Below, in pieces: positions 9,786 to 14,149 of a DNA stretch of 14,149 bases. Source of the DNA: Methanobacteriota archaeon. Its GTDB lineage: Archaea > Thermoplasmatota > Thermoplasmata > SG8-5 > JAGLSY01. Made by a program: the position numbers and the translations under genes. Position 1 is the stretch's first letter. Each line of letters starts with the position of its first letter. The stretch is from the NCBI GenBank assembly GCA_020696385.1, contig JAEHCQ010000011.1, positions 1 to 14,149 of the forward strand, written 5' to 3'. The notes under the pieces were generated by a model. The model made no database searches. It worked only from the letters and a program-made list of their open reading frames with translations, and was not told where the DNA came from.

Positions 9786-11583
9786 ACTTGTCTTCTTTTC
9801 TCTTGATCGTGCACACCTGCTCCATCACATCCAGCTCATCCGGATTGAGGTCAGAACTGTTCCTCAACTCTTTGCAGTGAGATGACATAATATCAACATA
9901 CAGAACATCATCCTCATCGATCTGGCGACCGCAAGTAGCACCATCTATCGCGACAGCAACCTCGGCACCAGCTATGGCTTCCTTCAGAGATTCATCACCA
10001 TCCCTGATGCTCTTGATCTTACCGATGACGCGACCATCCTCTCTCATGAGGCGCTGGCCGATCCTTATCCTGCCGGCCAGGATTCTTACGCCAACTATCG
10101 CGGGCTTGCTCAATCGGAACTGACAGTCAGGCAAGAGCAGTATCTTGCCAGGATAGACCTTGTCCAAACGGCTTTCAGCATCCAGCTCACGCTTTCTGAC
10201 CTCCAGCCATTCGTCATACTCTTCTATCAGGCGGTAAACGATATCCGCCTGGATGAATTTTAACTCGGAATTGAGAAGCTCTTCCTTCGCATCTGGAAGC
10301 AGATTTACATTGAAGCCAAACATCACACGCTTCAATGGATCATTTGTAGCAGCGGCCTCTATGATATCCCTCCTGGAGACATCACCAACTGCGGCCTTCT
10401 TTATCGGAATGTCAGCATTCTTCGCTTCATAGGCCATTGCTTCAAGGGATCCAATGGCATCCGCCTTTATCATGATGCCATCCTCCACCGTTTCGATGGT
10501 CAGTTGTGAACGGAGGCTTATCTCCTCTATCAGATCATCAAGATTTTCTTTACTGGCCACTCTCAGAGGACCACCAGCGATAACCCCTGTGATATCTTGG
10601 GCCACTAACTTGATACCTGCCGCGGCAGTTACACAATCCTGGGGGTTGAACCTCTCACGCGGATCACGTATCTCATCCAATGCCTTTGGCTTGAGTATGG
10701 CCTTGGCCTTGGTGACCATTGGCTTGCCGGATGTACCCAGCACGATAGTGTCGCCCTTCTTGATCTGGCCTTTGTAAAGAATGACATCCATTGTTGGTCC
10801 GAGACCTTTCTCCTCTTTTATCTCGAGGATGGTGCCCTCGCCCAGGCCAGTCTCATCGGTCCAAAGTTTCTTTTCCAGAAATCTCTGAGCCAGTCCAACC
10901 AGCATGAGCAGGATGTCCGGAACTCCCTCTCCAGTCTTGGCGCTCATCGGAATAAGTGCCAAATTCTTAGAGAAGTCCTCGATCTTATCATAACGATCTG
11001 CTGAAAATCCTTTATCATAAAGATGACCAACAATATTGTAGAATCTCTCATCCAGCAAGGCTTTGATATCTTTGTTCTGCTTCTTGAGAGATACAAGGAA
11101 TGGCTCATCCGGGTGATTGCGCCAGCCAGGCATTAGATCGATCTTATTGAGGGCGATTATGAAAGGTGTTTTCAATTGCTTGAGGATATTTATGGATTCA
11201 ATGGTTTGGGGCTTCAGCCCCTCATTTATATCAATAACAAGAACAGCCAGATCTGCCAGTGATCCACCCCTGGACCTAAGGGTTGTGAAGGAATGATGGC
11301 CAGGAGTGTCTATGAAAAGCAAGCCCGGAACACTGAATTTCTTTTCCCCGATAAGCGGCTTGCATATCTTGTAAACAACATCGATGGGAACCTCTGTGGC
11401 TCCAATATGCTGGGTAATGGCTCCAGCCTCACGTGATACGACAGCGGATCCCCTGATATAATCCAGCAAGCTGGTCTTACCATGATCCACATGACCCAGT
11501 ACACTGACTATGGGCTGGCGGATGATACCGCATTCTACGACTTCTGGATCAGATATTTCTGGATCCGATTTGGACTTTGCCAT
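9772..11583 (-). CDS. infB: Translation initiation factor IF-2 (archaeal aIF5B)
   Basis: RQPIVSVLGHVDHGKT, EAGAITQHIGA, FIDTPGH, NKID, SAKTGEG, IKADAIGSLEA motifs. Archaeal length (603 aa). GGTGG upstream. Confidence 0.97.
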   Translation of the reverse strand: MAKSKSDPEISDPEVVECGIIRQPIVSVLGHVDHGKTSLLDYIRGSAVVSREAGAITQHIGATEVPIDVVYKICKPLIGEKKFSVPGLLFIDTPGHHSFTTLRSRGGSLADLAVLVIDINEGLKPQTIESINILKQLKTPFIIALNKIDLMPGWRNHPDEPFLVSLKKQNKDIKALLDERFYNIVGHLYDKGFSADRYDKIEDFSKNLALIPMSAKTGEGVPDILLMLVGLAQRFLEKKLWTDETGLGEGTILEIKEEKGLGPTMDVILYKGQIKKGDTIVLGTSGKPMVTKAKAILKPKALDEIRDPRERFNPQDCVTAAAGIKLVAQDITGVIAGGPLRVASKENLDDLIEEISLRSQLTIETVEDGIMIKADAIGSLEAMAYEAKNADIPIKKAAVGDVSRRDIIEAAATNDPLKRVMFGFNVNLLPDAKEELLNSELKFIQADIVYRLIEEYDEWLEVRKRELDAESRLDKVYPGKILLLPDCQFRLSKPAIVGVRILAGRIRIGQRLMREDGRVIGKIKSIRDGDESLKEAIAGAEVAVAIDGATCGRQIDEDDVLYVDIMSSHCKELRNSSDLNPDELDVMEQVCTIKRKEDKFWGM

Positions 11584-11702
11584 TGAACCACCTAATCTAA
11601 AATGATATTAAAAGATTTCATAAGGTAGACCATAGCTGAGATCTGAGCCTAATCGCAGAGAAGGATATCTTAATGCGATCTGGCCATAACTACAAATATC
11701 CA

Positions 11703-12068
11703 TTAATGACAGCCATGTCCAGCGCATGCCTGTCCGGGTGTCATCTCTGTCAATTTACCATCGATGATGTTATGAACAGCATCCTTCACGGTCTGGCCAT
11801 CTAGCTTGAAGACCTTGATACCGCCCGCATTCAATTTCATGATCGCTCCGCGACCCATACCGCCAGTGATCACAATATCCACATTATGACCTTCCATTTG
11901 GCCAATTGGATTGCACGTGCCATGCTCATGGTGTTGATTTGAATTATCAACAGCTTCGAATTTCTCTGTCTCGGTATCATAGAAACCAAAGAAAGGCGCA
12001 CTTCCAAAGTGAGCATAGACTTTCGATCCCATTCCATCATCATTCATTATCGGCATGCAGATTTTCAT
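11703..12068 (-). CDS. NifB/NifX-family (dinitrogenase FeMo-cofactor-like domain) protein
   Basis: MKICMP...HFGSAPFF...VDIVITGGMGRGA...GIKVF; C-terminal ACAGHGCH. Confidence 0.85.
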   Translation of the reverse strand: MKICMPIMNDDGMGSKVYAHFGSAPFFGFYDTETEKFEAVDNSNQHHEHGTCNPIGQMEGHNVDIVITGGMGRGAIMKLNAGGIKVFKLDGQTVKDAVHNIIDGKLTEMTPGQACAGHGCH

Positions 12069-12111
12069 TGATACACATCCTAATGTTAACGGCGTTGAGA
12101 TACATGACCAG

Positions 12112-12121
12112 TATATATAAA
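12112..12121 (-). promoter_or_regulatory. Archaeal TATA box for the NifB/NifX-family gene
   Basis: TTTATATATA on the minus strand, about 45 bp upstream of the ATG at 12068. Confidence 0.55.
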
Positions 12122-12143
12122 TCTGCTTAACGATTGTAATTGT

Positions 12144-12203
12144 TCACGCCTTTATCATTATCAGCGACATTTTGAACTTGGTTATAGAATCAAGAGCATG
12201 TGG
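12144..12203 (-). repeat. Distal displaced copy of the cupin 3' end (19 codons + stop)
   Basis: Encodes PHALDSITKFKMSLIMIKA*, identical to the gene. 8 nucleotide differences from 12613-12672, all silent, including TAA->TGA. Confidence 0.92.
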
Positions 12204-12301
12204 CTGCGTTTTTTTCTTTTAAGGCCTTCTGTGCTGGCCAGGCTCCAAAAGAAAAAAATGCCGTTAAATAAGAAAACTCGCCTGGCATGCTCGAAGGCCA
12301 A
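12204..12301 (-). other. Structured repeat element, copy E3
   Basis: Outer stem ggccttc (12223-12229)/gaaggcc (12293-12299), inner stem gccaggc (12237-12243)/gcctggc (12280-12286). Highly similar to 13620-13711. Strand is inferred. Confidence 0.8.
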
Positions 12302-12304
12302 TAC

Positions 12305-12392
12305 GTGCTTACGCCTTTATCATTATCAGCGACATCTTGAATCTTGTTATAGAATCAAGAGCATGCGGTTTATTCGCTGGCATCATCAGCAT
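12305..12392 (-). repeat. Proximal displaced copy of the cupin 3' end (27 codons + stop + 4 nt)
   Basis: Encodes MLMMPANKPHALDSITRFKMSLIMIKA*. 9 differences from 12609-12696: 7 synonymous, plus L->M and K->R. Confidence 0.92.
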
Positions 12393-12605
12393 CCCCTCGG
12401 AAGCCTTTTCTTTTATTGATTTCTGCGCTAGCTCGGGCTCTTGAATCAAGCAAGCTTGACAAAATAGATGCGCAAAATCGCGCATCTAAAAAAGAACAAG
12501 GTTTCTAATATCGAATCAAGCCCATTTCATGTGCTTGATAAAATAGATGCATGGACTATGTCCACATCTAAAAAAGAAAAATCGCCCTCACCTGCTCGAA
12601 ATCAA
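12393..12605 (-). other. Structured repeat element, copy E2 (expanded by two double-hairpin modules)
   Basis: Outer stem ttgatttc (12416-12423)/gaaatcaa (12598-12605). Shares cccc.c.gaagccttttctttt, aaaagaacaaggtttctaat and tgctcgaa with E1. Confidence 0.78.
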
Positions 12606-12612
12606 AGTGTGC

Positions 12613-12951
12613 TTACGCCTTTATCATGATAAGCGACATCTTGAATTTGGTTATCGAATCAAGCGCATGCGGTTTATTTGCTGGCATCAGCAACATTTCG
12701 CCTTTCTTCACAATGAACTTCTCGCCATCAATAGTGATCTCAACTTCCCCATCGAGTATGTGCGCCAGTGCGTCATAAGGCGAAGTGTGCTCGCTCAGCC
12801 CTTGCCCCATGTCAAAGGCGAACAGTGTAATCATTCCCTGGTCCTTCTCGACCAGGGTTCTGCTCACAATAGAGCCATCCTGGTATTTCAGCATCTCTTC
12901 AAGGTTCCAGACCTCTGTATTTTCTCCCAATGTATCTACCTCCGGTTTCAA
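12613..12951 (-). CDS. Cupin domain protein
   Basis: YQDGSIVSRTL, TLFAFDMGQGLSEHTSPYDA, GEMLLMPANKPHAL. TTG start 2 nt after the HMA gene's stop. Confidence 0.9.
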   Translation of the reverse strand: MKPEVDTLGENTEVWNLEEMLKYQDGSIVSRTLVEKDQGMITLFAFDMGQGLSEHTSPYDALAHILDGEVEITIDGEKFIVKKGEMLLMPANKPHALDSITKFKMSLIMIKA

Positions 12952-12953
12952 AA

Positions 12954-13187
12954 TTATACTACAATGGCCTCATAGCCAGCTTCTCTCACGGTCTTGATAA
13001 GAGTGCCATTGGAAACTGCGTCTTCCTTTTTCAATGTGACAATAGCTTTCTTATCTTCAAGACTTACCTCGGCTTTCTTAACGCCAGATGTCTTTTCTAA
13101 AGCCTCTGTCACACGCTTCACGCAGTGTCCGCATGTCATTCCCTCTACCTTCATTTCAATTACTGGTTTCTTCCCAAACATACCCAT
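12954..13187 (-). CDS. Heavy-metal-associated (HMA, CopZ-like) chaperone
   Basis: VEGMTCGHCVKRV...EAGY; GGTGA upstream. Confidence 0.9.
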   Translation of the reverse strand: MGMFGKKPVIEMKVEGMTCGHCVKRVTEALEKTSGVKKAEVSLEDKKAIVTLKKEDAVSNGTLIKTVREAGYEAIVV

Positions 13188-13258
13188 TTACTTCACCATG
13201 ATGTAGAGAGTGTGGAGAGGGCTTAAAGGTATTCCCATTTTTTTGTTTTATAGAAAGA

Positions 13259-13477
13259 TTGACCTCCCCGCCCTTTGGACGGGGCTTCGAATATCAGAGC
13301 ACTCTGTGACTGTCACTCGAACATTCATTGAATATAGTACCCCGCCCGCACAAAGAGATGAATCAAATACTTCAATATGATTTAGTCAATAGCCGTATTA
13401 GATTTTCTGGTCGCGTACAATTGAACATATAATACGCTACCAGAAACACTGTGTTTAGACGGGGCATGCTCGAATGT
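13259..13477 (-). mobile_element. Putative non-autonomous IS200/IS605-end-like palindromic element
   Basis: Minus strand ends ...GAAGCCCCGTCC-AAA-GGGCGGGGAGGTCAA, a subterminal hairpin followed by TCAA as at IS608-type right ends. A second GCCCCGTC...GGGCGGGG arm pair lies at 13458-13465/13340-13347. No ORF. Family assignment is from resemblance only. Confidence 0.5.
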
Positions 13478-13496
13478 ATATGCTTTGTTGATAAAT

Positions 13497-13606
13497 GCAC
13501 TGCTCGAAGGTCAACCCCACTAGCTCAGTCCGACAATATTTCCATCAGCATCCATGTCAATGAATTCAGCCGCTGGCTTCCTCGGTAATCCTGGCATCGT
13601 CATTAT
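13497..13606 (-). repeat. Displaced copy of the fhs 3' end (28 codons + stop + 23 nt)
   Basis: 110-bp direct repeat of 13694-13803 (offset 197) with 5 mismatches (13583, 13586, 13588, 13589, 13592), all synonymous. Confidence 0.95.
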
Positions 13607-13711
13607 CCCCCCAGAAGCCTTTTCTTTTTGGACCTTCTCCGCTGGCCAGGCTCCAAAAGAACAAGGTTTCTAATCCAAAAGAAAACTCGCCTGGCACTGC
13701 TCGAAGGTCAA
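13607..13711 (-). other. Structured repeat element, copy E1
   Basis: Outer stem gaccttc (13631-13637)/gaaggtc (13703-13709), inner stem gccaggc (13645-13651)/gcctggc (13689-13695). Confidence 0.8.
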
Positions 13712-13716
13712 CCCCA

Positions 13717-14149
13717 CTAGCTCAGTCCGACAATATTTCCATCAGCATCCATGTCAATGAATTCAGCCGCTGGCTTCCTTGGAAGACCAGGCATCGTCAT
13801 TATTTCTCCGGCTATCGGAATAACAAAGCCAGCTCCAGCACTTAGACGAACCTGTCTGATGTACAGCTCGAAGCCTTCAGGTGCTCCCAGGAGCTTTTTA
13901 TTGTCAGAGAAAGAATACTGGGTCTTGGCAACGCACAATGGCAGATCACGGTATCCCATGGCCTCCCATTTTTTGATGTCCTTTTTGGCCTCAGGCGAGA
14001 AAACAACAGATTCCGCCCGATATATCTTCTTGGCCAGGATATTCATTTTTTCTTTAATTCCCATCTCCAGAGGATAGGCATAGTCTGGCTTCTTTTCGCC
14101 ACCCTTTGTCTTTGCCGTAATGGCTTCTGCAAGGGCCAGTCCTCCCTCC
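13717..14149 (-). CDS. fhs: Formate--tetrahydrofolate ligase, C-terminal part (5' end outside the window)
   Basis: [39 protein letters not shown] motifs. The frame stays open upstream of 14064 to the edge (EGGLALAEAITAK...YPLE). Confidence 0.95.
   Translation of the reverse strand, partial: EGGLALAEAITAKTKGGEKKPDYAYPLEMGIKEKMNILAKKIYRAESVVFSPEAKKDIKKWEAMGYRDLPLCVAKTQYSFSDNKKLLGAPEGFELYIRQVRLSAGAGFVIPIAGEIMTMPGLPRKPAAEFIDMDADGNIVGLS

Noticed and set aside
9476-9814. 112-aa minus-strand ORF with a repeated LGHVVT peptide
   Set aside because: By-product of the 18-bp tandem repeat; it crosses an AT-rich promoter region and overlaps both flanking genes.
11630-11700. Weak inverted repeat (atcgca...tgcgat) between the NifX-family gene and infB
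   Set aside because: Only 6 bp with a long loop; expected by chance.
12144-12605. Simple assembly artefact
   Set aside because: The three cupin ends and three elements all differ from one another, with compensatory stem changes. Considered unlikely, but not excluded without reads.
12144-12700. CRISPR or TIGR-like array
   Set aside because: No short constant repeat with regular unique spacers; units are irregular and made of host gene sequence; no cas genes.
12198-12975. Plus-strand ORFs 12198-12419 and 12547-12975 that share a peptide (CLRLYH...RIK.MRFI)
   Set aside because: They are antisense shadows of the cupin 3' end and its copy; the changes are synonymous in the minus frame, not in this one.
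13607-13711. SECIS element, tRNA or known self-cleaving ribozyme
   Set aside because: No in-frame UGA in the visible genes, no cloverleaf, and no ribozyme core that I can recognise by eye. A covariance-model search is still needed.
12144-13803. Diversity-generating retroelement (TR/VR pairs at gene 3' ends)
   Set aside because: Differences are not confined to adenines in either copy, are almost all synonymous, and no reverse transcriptase is in the window.

Overview
Archaeal genomic window. Evidence: a ~600-aa aIF5B/IF-2, TATA-box promoters and GGTGA/GAGG ribosome-binding sites. The protein types suggest Thermoplasmata, which is inference. Left part: a partial membrane-protein gene, a secreted Asp-box (BNR) repeat protein and a STAND-type ATPase-TPR protein. 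Middle and right part: metal-homeostasis genes (CDF exporter, NikR-like regulator plus ZIP transporter, NifB/NifX-family protein, cupin, HMA chaperone) around infB, and the 3' end of fhs. The standout observation is non-coding. A ~100-210 bp structured element with compensatory base changes occurs three times (12204-12301, 12393-12605, 13607-13711). Each copy lies just after a stop codon and is followed by a second copy of that gene's last 19-28 codons, which differs almost only at synonymous sites. This happens at two unrelated genes (cupin twice, fhs once), and two of the junctions fall at the same position of a shared sequence motif. No enzyme for this is encoded in the window. An IS200/IS605-end-like non-coding element sharing the same 5' motif lies between the two loci.
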